Shown: positions 1 to 8,983 of the stretch, one piece after another
How the letters are laid out: each line of letters opens with the position of its first letter
Position numbering within the stretch: the first letter of the stretch is position 1
From: Anaerolineae bacterium
Lineage (GTDB): Bacteria; Chloroflexota; Anaerolineae; JACIWR01
Reading direction: 5' to 3'
DNA: 64,000 bases
Assembly (NCBI GenBank): GCA_024653325.1
Contig: JANLFX010000006.1
Location: 2,803-66,802 of the forward strand
Notes under the pieces: model-generated
What the model was told of the DNA's origin: nothing
Seen by the model: only the letters and a program-made list of their open reading frames with translations
The model's database searches: none
Made by a program: the position numbers and the translations under genes

Positions 1-501
1 GCGGGCCCAGGCTATTGCCTCAGCCAGGGGCACCCGCTGTTTGACGATGGGGATGTCAGCATCCACGATTTCCCGCATACGCGCTTCCAGCCGGGCGACC
101 TCCTCAGCCGTAAGGGGTTCTCGTCCCTGTACTTCGCAGTAAAAGCCATTGAGTGTCAGAGAGTGTTCGACCACGATGCGCGCCTCGGGAAAAAGCTCGC
201 GGGCAGCGACAACCAGCACAAAAGACAGCGAACGCTGGTAGATACGCATGCCGTCGCTGGCTGCCATCGAGATGGGGATCACCTCAGCGTCAGTTTTGAT
301 AGGATAGGTCAGTTCACGGAGCTCACCGTTCACCAGGGCAGCGACGATGGGCGTCGGCCTGCCGAGCGATGCGGCCTGGACGAATGCTTCTAATGGGGTT
401 CCTTTGGGCGCTTCAAAAGTGCCTCCTGTATCAAATCGCACCTGGGCCGTGGTGCGTGGTTGGGCAGGTACAACCTGGTATTCGATGTCTGGCTGGTTCA
501 A
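1..501 (-). CDS. TGS / ThrRS-N-terminal-like domain protein, N-terminal part only (gene continues past the left edge)
   Basis: Absent from the ORF track because no stop lies in the window. Reverse strand reads TTG(501) NQPDIEYQVVPAQPRTTAQVRFDTGGTFEAPKGTPLEAFVQAASLGRPTPIVAALVNGELRELTYPI...SLTLNGFYCEVQGREPLTAEEVARLEARM, open in frame to base 1. GGAG (rc of 511-514) lies 9 nt upstream. The layout recalls the N-terminus of ThrRS and of ThrRS-like uridine kinase fusions. Confidence 0.55.
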   Translation of the reverse strand, partial: MNQPDIEYQVVPAQPRTTAQVRFDTGGTFEAPKGTPLEAFVQAASLGRPTPIVAALVNGELRELTYPIKTDAEVIPISMAASDGMRIYQRSLSFVLVVAARELFPEARIVVEHSLTLNGFYCEVQGREPLTAEEVARLEARMREIVDADIPIVKQRVPLAEAIAWAR

Positions 502-650
502 GGTTTATCACTCCTTCTCGGACACAATTGCGGGACGAACTGCCCCGCAGTTCTATTGTACACCAACTTGTCTCAGACTTCAACTGACAGGCTTATGTTT
601 TATGGGTAGCGCAGGCACTGCCTTCGCCTACCCGGTGGGGGAAAAGTTTT

Positions 651-679
651 TAGGCAATTTTGCCTGGATGTGGTATAAT
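651..679 (+). promoter_or_regulatory. candidate sigma70-type promoter for tgt (TAGGCA - 17 nt - TATAAT with TG extension)
   Basis: TAGGCA 651-656, 17-nt spacer, TGgTATAAT 671-679. Lies about 50 nt upstream of the tgt start. The -35 sits in the small palindrome AGGCAAttTTGCCT (652-665). Confidence 0.45.
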
Positions 680-731
680 CAAACCTCCGAGGTCGCCAAG
701 GCCTCGAAGGTCTGCATTCACGGAGGAAACC

Positions 732-1853
732 ATGTCTTTCGAGTTCAAACTGGTGCGCCAGGATCGCGATAGCCAAGCCCGTGCCGGAGTGTTCTCCACC
801 CCGCACGGCGATATCCCTACTCCGGTCTTTGCCCCGGTGGGCACGCAGGCTACCGTTAAAACCATGTCTCCCCGCGATCTGAAGGAATTGGGAGCCTCCC
901 TGGTTCTAGCCAACACTTATCATCTGTATCTGCGACCCGGTGCGGAACTCATTGCCCGGCTGGGAGGGCTACATCGCTTTATGGCCTGGCATGGCCCTAT
1001 CCTCACCGACTCTGGTGGCTTTCAAGTGTTCAGTCTGGAGAGCCTGCGCCGGGTAAGCGATGAGGGGGTAGTCTTCCGCTCACATCTGGATGGCTCTGAG
1101 CACCGTTTCACTCCAGAAGAAGCGATACGCATTCAGGAGCTGTTGGGTGCGGACATCATCATGTGTCTGGATGAGTGTGCTCCGCCTTTGGACCGCGCTT
1201 ACAACGAGGCGGCCTTGCGTCGCACTCACCTGTGGGCCGAGCGATGCCGCCGGGCGCAGACGAGGAACGATCAAGCTCTTTTCGGCATCGTGCAGGGCGG
1301 GGTCTTCGCTGACCTGCGACGGAAAAGCGTGGAGTTCCTGACGGCACTCGACTTTCCCGGTTACGCTATCGGCGGTCTGAGCGTGGGCGAGACCAAAGCC
1401 CAGACGCATGAGACGCTGGAAATAACCACTGCCCTTCTGCCGGCGGACCGGCCCCGCTACTTGATGGGCGTTGGCGCGCCGGAGGACCTGTTCGAGGGTG
1501 TGGCCCGTGGCGTTGATATTTTTGACTGCGTGCTGCCCACGCGCATTGCTCGCAATGGCGCAGTGTTTACCCGCCGTGGACGGCTCAATCTGCGCAATGC
1601 CTGCCACGCCACCGATCCCAATCCCATTGAGGAAAACTGTACCTGTTACACCTGCCGCACTTTCTCCCGTGCTTACTTGCGTCATCTGATCCAGGCCAAG
1701 GAGATCCTCGGCCTGCACCTGGCCACCTTGCACAACCTGCATTTCCTGCTACAGTTAATGCGTGAAATACGGCAAGCCATCTTGGATGGTACTTTCATTG
1801 CCCTGAAAGACGCATTTCTATCAGAATATCCGATCAATCAGAACGAGCCATGA
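732..1853 (+). CDS. tgt: queuine tRNA-ribosyltransferase (tRNA-guanine transglycosylase)
   Basis: Frame of ORF 660..1853. ATG at 732 is preceded by GGAGGA (723-728). MSFEFKLVRQDRDSQARAGVFSTPHGDIPTPVFAPVGTQATVKT, LTDSGGFQV, and the zinc motif CTCYTC...H are typical Tgt. Confidence 0.95.
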   Translation: MSFEFKLVRQDRDSQARAGVFSTPHGDIPTPVFAPVGTQATVKTMSPRDLKELGASLVLANTYHLYLRPGAELIARLGGLHRFMAWHGPILTDSGGFQVFSLESLRRVSDEGVVFRSHLDGSEHRFTPEEAIRIQELLGADIIMCLDECAPPLDRAYNEAALRRTHLWAERCRRAQTRNDQALFGIVQGGVFADLRRKSVEFLTALDFPGYAIGGLSVGETKAQTHETLEITTALLPADRPRYLMGVGAPEDLFEGVARGVDIFDCVLPTRIARNGAVFTRRGRLNLRNACHATDPNPIEENCTCYTCRTFSRAYLRHLIQAKEILGLHLATLHNLHFLLQLMREIRQAILDGTFIALKDAFLSEYPINQNEP

Positions 1854-1865
1854 TTAAAGTTTTGG

Positions 1866-1913
1866 GTTCAAAGTTCCAAGTCGCGAGTCGAATGTTGCCC
1901 CGAAACTTTGAAC
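1866..1913. repeat. hairpin built from gttcaa/ggtttc quasi-repeats in the tgt-uppP spacer
   Basis: GTTCAAAGTT (1866-1875) pairs with AACTTTGAAC (1904-1913). It is followed by ttgaaaccttgaacctgaaacc (1914-1935), made of the same word family. Confidence 0.6.
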
Positions 1914-1955
1914 TTGAAACCTTGAACCTGAAACCATTGATTCCAAGGAGTGACT

Positions 1956-2765
1956 ATGAATCCCGTGCGGGCTTTAATCCTCGGCTTTATTCAGGGAGCT
2001 ACCGAATTTGTCCCGGTCTCCAGTTCCGGCCATCTGGTGTTAGTGCCCTGGCTGCTGCGTTGGCCGGAACCTGGTCTGGCTTTCGATACCACCGTTCATT
2101 GGGGCACTCTGGTGGCTGTCGTTGCCGTATTCTGGCGCGATCTATGGCGACTGGCCCTGGCCTGGCTGCGTAGCCTGCGTTCGCGCTCGCTAAACGATGT
2201 GGAAGCCCGCGTCGCCTGGTGGATCATCCTGGGTACGGTGCCGGGCGTAGTGCTCGGCCTGACCCTGAAAGACCCTTTGGAAAGGCTGTTCAGCGCCCCG
2301 GTGACGGTAGCGGTTCTGCTGCTGGTCACGGCGGCCATTCTGACCTTCAGCGAACGGCTGGGGCGCCGTACCCGTGATCTGGATGACATGTCCTGGGTGG
2401 ATGCACTGCTCATTGGCGTAGGTCAGGCCGTGGCTATCATGCCGGGCATCTCCCGCTCCGGTGCAACCATCGCCAGTGGGTTGCTGCGTGGCCTCAGGCG
2501 AGAGATGGCGGCTCGTTTCAGCTTTCTCCTCTCCATTCCCATCATTCTGGGTGCGGGCCTGCCCCAATTGCTGGAGTTGTGCCAGACTGGTGATCTCGCC
2601 GCCCAACTGTCGGCTTTGATCCTGGGTTTTTTCGCCGCTGTTCTGAGCGGATACCTGTGCATCCGCTTTCTGTTGAGCTTCTTACAACGGCATAAGCTAT
2701 ATGTCTTTGCCGCGTACTGCGCTGTGGTCGGTATCTTTTGCCTGGGGGTAGCGCTGGTCAGATGA
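1956..2765 (+). CDS. uppP: undecaprenyl-diphosphate phosphatase (BacA/UppP)
   Basis: ATG 1956 lies 5 nt after AAGGAG (1945-1950). MNPVRALILGFIQGATEFVPVSSSGHL and PGISRSGATI are UppP signatures. Polytopic membrane protein. Confidence 0.9.
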   Translation: MNPVRALILGFIQGATEFVPVSSSGHLVLVPWLLRWPEPGLAFDTTVHWGTLVAVVAVFWRDLWRLALAWLRSLRSRSLNDVEARVAWWIILGTVPGVVLGLTLKDPLERLFSAPVTVAVLLLVTAAILTFSERLGRRTRDLDDMSWVDALLIGVGQAVAIMPGISRSGATIASGLLRGLRREMAARFSFLLSIPIILGAGLPQLLELCQTGDLAAQLSALILGFFAAVLSGYLCIRFLLSFLQRHKLYVFAAYCAVVGIFCLGVALVR

Positions 2766-3550
2766 AAAGCTTGTGCTGGCTACTCGTCGCCTTGCTTATT
2801 ACCGGGTGTGGAACGACTGTGACCCTACCCGCACCTGCCACTTTACGCCTGGCCGGCTCGACTTCCATGCAGCCGCTCCTGGCCGACCTTTCTGCGGCTT
2901 ACCGGGTTCGGGCTTCCCACGTGACCATTATCATTGAAGGTGGGGGGTCGCGGTTAGGGCGGGAGTTGGCCGCAGAAGGCGGAGCGGACCTGGGGCTGAC
3001 TTCCTGGCTACCGGCGGAATCAGAGGTTGGTTGGTCGGTGCCTATTGCCTTGGACGGCATTGCCGTCATCGTCCACCCCAATAATCCCCTGGACGGGCTG
3101 ACGCTGCTGCAATTGCGACACGTTTTCAGCGGTCGCTTTTGGCGCTGGGAGGACGTGGGCGGCAATTACGGCGAGATCACCGTAGTCAGCCGCGAGGATG
3201 GGTCGGGGACACGGGCTGTGTTCGAGGAACGGGTGATGGAAGGCCAGGCGGTGACCTCCACGGCGGTGGTCATGCCTTCCAGCCAGGCAGTGATCGAGTA
3301 CGTGGCCGGGCATCCATTGGCCATCGGCTACGTTTCGATGGGATGTTTGTCGCCTGGAGTGAAAGCACTGGCGGTGGAGGGTATTGCTCCTACGCCAACT
3401 CATGTGAAAGACGGGAGCTATCATCTTACCCGTCCGCTATATCTTGTCGCTGCCCACGAGCCTCAGGGAGAAATACGGGCATTTGTGGATTTCTGTCTCA
3501 GCCCGGCAGGGCAGGCCATTGTCGGCAAAAGGTACGGGGCAGTCAAGTAA
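2762..3550 (+). CDS. PstS-family (PBP-like-2) substrate-binding lipoprotein, orphan
   Basis: ATGA overlap with the uppP stop. Lipobox LLITGC. LAGSTSMQPLL and SREDGSGTR motifs of phosphate-binding PstS-like proteins. No pstCAB genes are adjacent. Confidence 0.8.
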   Translation: MKSLCWLLVALLITGCGTTVTLPAPATLRLAGSTSMQPLLADLSAAYRVRASHVTIIIEGGGSRLGRELAAEGGADLGLTSWLPAESEVGWSVPIALDGIAVIVHPNNPLDGLTLLQLRHVFSGRFWRWEDVGGNYGEITVVSREDGSGTRAVFEERVMEGQAVTSTAVVMPSSQAVIEYVAGHPLAIGYVSMGCLSPGVKALAVEGIAPTPTHVKDGSYHLTRPLYLVAAHEPQGEIRAFVDFCLSPAGQAIVGKRYGAVK

Positions 3551-3570
3551 TCGAGCGTGGGTAAATGGAC

Positions 3571-3614
3571 GCCCCTCGTGCTCTTTAAACCACGAGGGGC
3601 GCTTTTACTTTATT
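3571..3614 (+). terminator. rho-independent terminator after the PstS-like gene
   Basis: GCCCCTCGTG (3571-3580) / CACGAGGGGC (3591-3600) stem, followed by gcTTTTacTTTaTT. Confidence 0.8.
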
Positions 3615-3713
3615 CTAACGACAAATTTACCCGACTTTTGCCTGGTGTTACGCTCACTTATTATATAATGCAATTGCTTGAATTCCTATACCCTTTATCG
3701 AGGAGGTTTCAAG

Positions 3714-3857
3714 ATGTCACTTTCATGGTGGATCGCAGTAGCAGCTCTGACAGTCGCCGTCGTTTTATCACCGCGCAATCGGGCTCAAGACCGCGTACAT
3801 GTCGCCATCCAGGCCATGCTGTTGCTGGTAATCATCTTTGCCGGTGTAACCACGTGA
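3714..3857 (+). CDS. 47-aa two-helix small membrane protein (hypothetical)
   Basis: Below the ORF-track size cutoff. AGGAGG (3701-3706) lies 7 nt before ATG 3714. MSLSWWIAVAALTVAVVLSPRNRAQDRVHVAIQAMLLLVIIFAGVTT, stop TGA 3855-3857. Confidence 0.45.
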   Translation: MSLSWWIAVAALTVAVVLSPRNRAQDRVHVAIQAMLLLVIIFAGVTT

Positions 3858-3864
3858 GAGGCAT

Positions 3865-4500
3865 CTACAGCCATGGGTTGCCCTGCTTCTCGTACCCGAT
3901 GGTCGTCTCTGGACCATGGCCGGAATAAACCTTAGTCTCGTCGGGCAGGGTTAGCAGACGATGGGTGCTGTTCATCAGCGTATGATAATCGCCGCCAGGC
4001 AGGTCCGTCCGTCCGACGCCTGTGTTGAACAACACATCACCATCAAATACCACACCTTCTTCCCGACAGACCAGGGATACTGAGCCCAGCGAGTGGCCCG
4101 GCGTGTGCCACACCTCCAGTTTGATCTTCCCCAAAGTAAGGATATCCCCTTCTTTTAACTCCAGATCGGCAGGCGGGCTGGGATCGGCAAGGATGCCGAA
4201 CCAGGCTGCTCCGCCCCCCACAGACAGCAAGGTTGCGTCCGCCGGATGGATAGCCAGCGCAGGTGGGGTATCTTGTATTGTCTTTAGAGCAGCCATCACT
4301 TCTCCATTGGCCAGGGTGTGGTCGAAGTGACCATGGGTGTCAATCACGTACTTGATGGTTAGACCCAGTTGTTGCACCTCGTCCAATATCTTTTTTCCAT
4401 CTCCGCCCGGGTCAATGATAGCGCCTTCTTTGCTTTCTTCATCGCCTATGATATAGCAATTTGTCAGGATTGGCCCTACAGTCAGTGTCTTGATGATCAA
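3865..4500 (-). CDS. MBL-fold metallo-hydrolase (glyoxalase II-like)
   Basis: TTG start at 4500 with AAGGAGAGGG upstream. DTHGHFDHT metal motif and TPGHS. TTGA start/stop overlap with the upstream gene. Confidence 0.85.
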   Translation of the reverse strand: MIIKTLTVGPILTNCYIIGDEESKEGAIIDPGGDGKKILDEVQQLGLTIKYVIDTHGHFDHTLANGEVMAALKTIQDTPPALAIHPADATLLSVGGGAAWFGILADPSPPADLELKEGDILTLGKIKLEVWHTPGHSLGSVSLVCREEGVVFDGDVLFNTGVGRTDLPGGDYHTLMNSTHRLLTLPDETKVYSGHGPETTIGYEKQGNPWL

Positions 4501-7169
4501 CTTTCCCTCTCCTTGTCAACGGATGTAACTGATGGAACGGATGTAACGGAGATTCGTTTATCCGTTCCATCCGTTATATCCGCTAATATATCCGTTGCCA
4601 ATAACTGTTCTACCAGTTTTTGCTCTTCCTCCAGGGTAGTGACTTCTCCATCCAGGCGTGCGTCACGCAGGCGGCGCAGGATTTGCCCAAACAGCGGGCC
4701 GGGCGGCAGGCCCATCTTTTTGAGGTACCGGCCATCAATCTCAGATTGCACGAAGCGCCACTCCCGGCAATAGCGTTCCACCTGGTGGCGCACCACGGGC
4801 GAATCGGTAGCCACCCCCAAAACGAACAATGCCTGTGGTGTATAGCGTTCCAGCCAGCGCACGATGGCGCTGGGCGGATGGTCGCCGACAGCGATTTGTT
4901 CCTCGATCAGACGCAGGGCGCTGACTTCGCGTAGCAGGTCAGCATCATCCCTGGGGACTTTCAGACGGACGATCAGGGCCTCCAGCTCTGCAGTGCTCAG
5001 CCGATAGGTCAGCAAGGCGAGGTACATCAAGCTCATAGTCGCTGGCTCAGCGCAGACGCCTGCCCAGCCTGCCTCGCCGGTTGCCTGGCGCAGTTGTCGG
5101 AATTTGTCCCTCAGCCATTCATCGTAGTTTAAGCTGGGATGAATCTGGCCCAGGATCTTTAGCCCGGCCAGACGGGCCAGGCATTTCTCCGGCTCTTCTT
5201 CTTGAAGGATCAGATTCAGTTCGTGACGGATGCGTTCACCGCTAATCCGATCTAGCAGGCCCAGGGCGTTGGCGATCAGCTCTTCGGTGCGCGGTTCGAT
5301 GCGGAATCCCAGCCGCTGCTCGAAGCGAACGGCGCGCAGGGTACGAGTGGGATCTTCGACGAAGCTCAGGCTGTGTAGCACACGAATCAGTCCGTTGCGC
5401 AGGTCCTGTTCCCCACCGTAGAAATCGAGCAACTCACCGTAATGCTCCGGATCCAGGCGGATGGCCAGGGTATTGATAGTGAAGTCCCGACGGTGCAGGT
5501 CCTGCTTGATTGAACTGCGCTCCACCTGCGGCAGGGCAGTGGGATGCTCGTAGAACTCGGTGCGAGCGGTGACGAAATCCAGGGCGGGTATGCCATAGCG
5601 TGCTCCGCCGTTATCAAAAATGAGCTTGGCTGTGCCGAAGCGGGCATGGGAGCGCACTCGTCCTCCGACGCGGCGACGCAGTCGTTTGGCCAATTTAATG
5701 GCATCGCCCTCGACCACCAGGTCAATGTCGAAGTTGGGGATATGTAGCAAAAGATCGCGCACGAACCCGCCGACGAAATAAAGGGCATACCCCATCTGGC
5801 TGGCTGTCTCGCTGGCCTCACGGATCAGGTCCAACAAGGGAGCCGGCAGGGCATTCTCTATCAAAGCGATAATTTCTTCCCGTCGGGAGGGGCGGGGGTG
5901 CTCGCTCCACAATTTGATCAGATCGGTACGGGTGACAATGCCGATGACTTCCCCATCCTCGACCACCGGCACCTGCCCCAAGCCATGTTCCATCATCACC
6001 CGCTGCAGACGCTCCACCGAGTCGCCGGGGGTCACGTACACTTCCCCCTTGTGCATATACGTACTGATAGTAGCGTTGCCCAGGCCGTGGTGTAGCGCCT
6101 TATCAATCTCCCGCCGGGTGAGCACGCCCACGATCCGTCCATGGTCTACTACTGGAAAGCCTTCATGTCCCCAGCGCTGAGCCTCTTCTGCCGCGCGGGC
6201 TATCGTGGTGTCTGGTGAGAGGGTATGCACGCCATAGGACATGATTTGTTTCACGGTGATCAGCGGTTGCACGCGAGTGGACAGTAATGCCAGCAGTTTT
6301 TCTTTGGCTTCGGTCAGGGTTTGATCGCGGATGAGCGCTGCCGCCGCCCGGCTATGCCCGCCGCCGCCAAATTCCGCCGCTATCTCGGCCACGTTGATAG
6401 TATCGGTGCTGGAACGGGCCACCAGTTGCAAGTTCCCATCTAACTCCACTATAACGAACAACCCATCGGGATCGAACACATCACGCAGCTTGTGGGCCAG
6501 CGTGGAAATCTCCTCGACATATCCGCCGGCCCGGGCTGTGGACACAATGACCGACTGACCACTAAAAATGTGGGTCTCGCTGCTTTCCAGCAATTGTTCG
6601 TAAACCCGTCGCTGCTCCTCGGAGAGGGGATAATGCAAGAATGTATCAACTACCTGCAAGCGTGCGCCTTGCTCTAGCAACCAGGCCACGCATCGGGCAT
6701 CGCGGGCTGTGGTCGTCGGATAGGAAAGTGATCCCGTATCCTCGTAGATGCCTAAGAGGAGCAGGGTAGCCTCGATGGGAGAAAGTTCCAGGTGCAACTG
6801 GCTCATCTGCTCCACCAGGATGGTAGTTGTGGATCCTGTTTCACCGCCCGTGTAGCTCCACCCGGGTTCCAGTTCACGGCTTAGGGGATGGTGATCAATG
6901 ATACGTACATCCCGCGTCCATGGTCCCATGCCTTTGAGCGTGGTCATACTTTGCGTGTCCACCAGGATGATGCGCTGGATACGCTCGCGGGGCAGGTCAT
7001 CAATGGCGACGAAGGGGAACTCGTCCCAGTAGAGGGTGAGAAAATGGCGCAGGTTACGGTTGAGCCGGCGCGGCAATACCGGCACAGCCTCTGGATACAG
7101 CTTTCTGGCTGCCAGCAGGGAAGCCAACCCATCGAAATCTGTGTTCTCGTGGGTGAGAATAACTTCCAT
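4497..7169 (-). CDS. DHH/DHHA1 phosphoesterase - tandem CBS - tRNA nucleotidyltransferase/poly(A) polymerase family fusion protein
   Basis: ATG 7169 (MEVILTHENTDFDGLAS) lies 8 nt after GAGGAG. DHH-type N-terminus (IIDHHP, GGGGHSRAAA), two CBS repeats (IMSYGVHTLSPD..., YMHKGEVYVTPGD...). Then YFVGGFVRDLLL...DIDLVVEGD and RRDFTINTLA, the class II nucleotidyltransferase head. Confidence 0.85.
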   Translation of the reverse strand: MEVILTHENTDFDGLASLLAARKLYPEAVPVLPRRLNRNLRHFLTLYWDEFPFVAIDDLPRERIQRIILVDTQSMTTLKGMGPWTRDVRIIDHHPLSRELEPGWSYTGGETGSTTTILVEQMSQLHLELSPIEATLLLLGIYEDTGSLSYPTTTARDARCVAWLLEQGARLQVVDTFLHYPLSEEQRRVYEQLLESSETHIFSGQSVIVSTARAGGYVEEISTLAHKLRDVFDPDGLFVIVELDGNLQLVARSSTDTINVAEIAAEFGGGGHSRAAAALIRDQTLTEAKEKLLALLSTRVQPLITVKQIMSYGVHTLSPDTTIARAAEEAQRWGHEGFPVVDHGRIVGVLTRREIDKALHHGLGNATISTYMHKGEVYVTPGDSVERLQRVMMEHGLGQVPVVEDGEVIGIVTRTDLIKLWSEHPRPSRREEIIALIENALPAPLLDLIREASETASQMGYALYFVGGFVRDLLLHIPNFDIDLVVEGDAIKLAKRLRRRVGGRVRSHARFGTAKLIFDNGGARYGIPALDFVTARTEFYEHPTALPQVERSSIKQDLHRRDFTINTLAIRLDPEHYGELLDFYGGEQDLRNGLIRVLHSLSFVEDPTRTLRAVRFEQRLGFRIEPRTEELIANALGLLDRISGERIRHELNLILQEEEPEKCLARLAGLKILGQIHPSLNYDEWLRDKFRQLRQATGEAGWAGVCAEPATMSLMYLALLTYRLSTAELEALIVRLKVPRDDADLLREVSALRLIEEQIAVGDHPPSAIVRWLERYTPQALFVLGVATDSPVVRHQVERYCREWRFVQSEIDGRYLKKMGLPPGPLFGQILRRLRDARLDGEVTTLEEEQKLVEQLLATDILADITDGTDKRISVTSVPSVTSVDKERES
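4521..4581. repeat. 21-bp-arm hairpin of ggatgtaac/ggaacgga quasi-repeats inside the 3' end of the fusion gene
   Basis: ggatgtaactgatggaacgga (4521-4541) pairs 19/21 with tccgttccatccgttatatcc (4561-4581). It encodes the odd tail ...ITDGTDKRISVTSVPSVTSV. Confidence 0.7.
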
Positions 7170-7267
7170 CAAACGTGCTCCTCTGGTTACAGGTAAGCAC
7201 ATTATAGCAGCAAAAGCGGTGATTGACAACTGGTCAGACTTCCGAGGTCTGTCTGCCGGGTATGCTT

Positions 7268-7296
7268 TTGACAGAACCCGGTATGTGTGCTAGAAT
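7268..7296 (+). promoter_or_regulatory. candidate promoter TTGACA - 17 nt - TAGAAT
   Basis: TTGACA 7268-7273, 17-nt spacer, TAGAAT 7291-7296. Lies in the divergent region between the CCA-family fusion gene and the ParB-like gene. Confidence 0.5.
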
Positions 7297-7453
7297 CCGG
7301 CGACCAGAGGAGAACGACGCGCCAGGGAACTGGTCTGAAAGAACCCCATCCTTTTGGAGAATAACGTTGACGGGCATAGGCGCAAGTCCACCACACACAG
7401 GCTCGGACTTCCGCAAGGCACGACGACGCGCTTTGCGAGAAGATTTTCATTGC

Positions 7454-8353
7454 ATGTTCACCAGGTGCTCACCTTACCTGTTGCCTTTCCAGGTCGTACA
7501 GGAGAGCCTGCATCTAAGCCATTACTCTTACCGTGACCTGCAGTCCGTGCCCTTGAATAGCATCGTGGGCAGCATAGGCCGCTACCACGATTTCACCCGC
7601 CATTTTTGGCCACGCCAGGACACTCTGCGCGAGCGCTGGGAGAGAATAGCCTATCTGATGACCAGTGGAGGAGGCCTGCCTCCGGTTCATCTCTACCAGG
7701 TGGATGAGGTGTACTTCGTCAAAGACGGCAACCATCGCGTGTCGGTAGCTCGTTATCTGGGGGCATCAACGATCGGGGCTTATGTGTGGGAATTCCACAC
7801 GCGGGTGCCGCTGCCCTTGAATACGCGCCAGGAAGAACTGCCGCTCAAAGAAGAGCTGGTGAGCTTCCTCGAGCATACTGACCTGGACCGGGTGCGCCCG
7901 CAGGCAGAAATAGCGTTCACCACCCCAGGCAGCTCTCGCGCATTGGAGGAACATATATCCGCCCACCGTTATTGGTTGGAGAGCCGTCACGGCAGGTTGG
8001 TGACCGTCACTGAAGCCGTGAGAAGCTGGTACGACCTGGTATATGCACCTGTGGTGGAAATTGTCCGCGAGCGCGGACTGCCGCATTATTTTCCTCATTC
8101 TACTGAAACTGACCTTTATCTGGGCATTCTTGATCGCCATCGCTATCTGGTGCACGCGTGGCAGAGGCCGGTGTCCCTGCAGGAAACCATCGAGAACTAT
8201 ACGGCGCACTTCAGCCCTAATCCAAGGTACCGGATCCCATATTTGTTACGTCACTGGCTGCGAGGAGAACATTGCCCGGTGGAGCAAGGGTCTCCGATAA
8301 CAGCTCCTCCTGTACCGGCTGAGGTACCATACTCGAGTGCGGCTGGTCGGTGA
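7454..8353 (+). CDS. ParB/Srx-fold (ParB N-terminal-like) domain protein
   Basis: Frame of ORF 7223..8353. The first ATG with plausible protein sequence is 7454 (weak RBS, so the start is uncertain). VYFVKDGNHRVSVARYLG resembles the DGxHR motif of ParB-like nuclease/NTPase domains. Confidence 0.6.
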   Translation: MFTRCSPYLLPFQVVQESLHLSHYSYRDLQSVPLNSIVGSIGRYHDFTRHFWPRQDTLRERWERIAYLMTSGGGLPPVHLYQVDEVYFVKDGNHRVSVARYLGASTIGAYVWEFHTRVPLPLNTRQEELPLKEELVSFLEHTDLDRVRPQAEIAFTTPGSSRALEEHISAHRYWLESRHGRLVTVTEAVRSWYDLVYAPVVEIVRERGLPHYFPHSTETDLYLGILDRHRYLVHAWQRPVSLQETIENYTAHFSPNPRYRIPYLLRHWLRGEHCPVEQGSPITAPPVPAEVPYSSAAGR

Positions 8354-8375
8354 ACGGATAACAGAGGGTGCTGCG

Positions 8376-8981
8376 ATGTTTTTCTTTGGGTATTTCGTCA
8401 TCGCTGCTTTGCTGATCGGATTTATCCTCCGGGGCAGTCTATTGAACTTGGCCGAGAAGCCTTTTCGCCACTTGTGGCTGGCCTTGATCGCCGTCGCCCT
8501 GCGTTTCATCGTCCTTAGCAACGCTTTCCTGGCTTCTCCCTGGCGTCACCTCAGCGTGCCTGGTCAGATTCTGTCCTTCGTGCTATTGCTGATCGTCACT
8601 GCTCTCAACTGGTCCATTCCGGGGATGAAGATGCTGGGCCTGGGCATTCTGTTGAACCTGATAGTGATGCTGAGCAACGGCGGGTACATGCCTGTTGCCC
8701 CAGACGACTTGGTGGAGATAGGTCACCCTCACCAGGCCGAGGTTTTGCGCGCCGGGGGGACGGATTTCTACGGCATCGCCCTGACCGAGCAGACTCGTCT
8801 GCCTTTCCTGGCCGACATTTTTGTCCTGCCACGCTTTTTCCCCATTCGCTATGTCTTCAGCCCAGGGGATGCTTTAATGGGTATTGGCTTGATCATTGTT
8901 ATCGTGTGGGGGATGGTGAGGAATTCCCCTGCAGGCTTGGAACCTGCGGGAGGTTCAGATAAAACTACCGGGGAGGTGTGA
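8376..8981 (+). CDS. polytopic membrane protein (resembles DUF5317-type proteins)
   Basis: ATG 8376 (MFFFGYFVIAALLIGFIL...). Several hydrophobic helices and an NGGYMPV motif. Stop overlaps the RBS of the next gene. Confidence 0.7.
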   Translation: MFFFGYFVIAALLIGFILRGSLLNLAEKPFRHLWLALIAVALRFIVLSNAFLASPWRHLSVPGQILSFVLLLIVTALNWSIPGMKMLGLGILLNLIVMLSNGGYMPVAPDDLVEIGHPHQAEVLRAGGTDFYGIALTEQTRLPFLADIFVLPRFFPIRYVFSPGDALMGIGLIIVIVWGMVRNSPAGLEPAGGSDKTTGEV

Positions 8982-8983
8982 TC

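Noticed and set aside
660-731. N-terminal extensions offered by the ORF track. Examples: 660 for tgt, 7223 for the ParB-like gene, 13695 for ecfA2, 22600 for the ANTAR regulator, 30850 for OppD, 33677 for OppB, 38801 and 35977 for the binding proteins, 49447 for the ferredoxin.
   Set aside because: In each case an internal start with a strong GGAGG-type RBS or a start/stop overlap fits the family's normal N-terminus. The extension also overlaps the upstream gene or a repeat.
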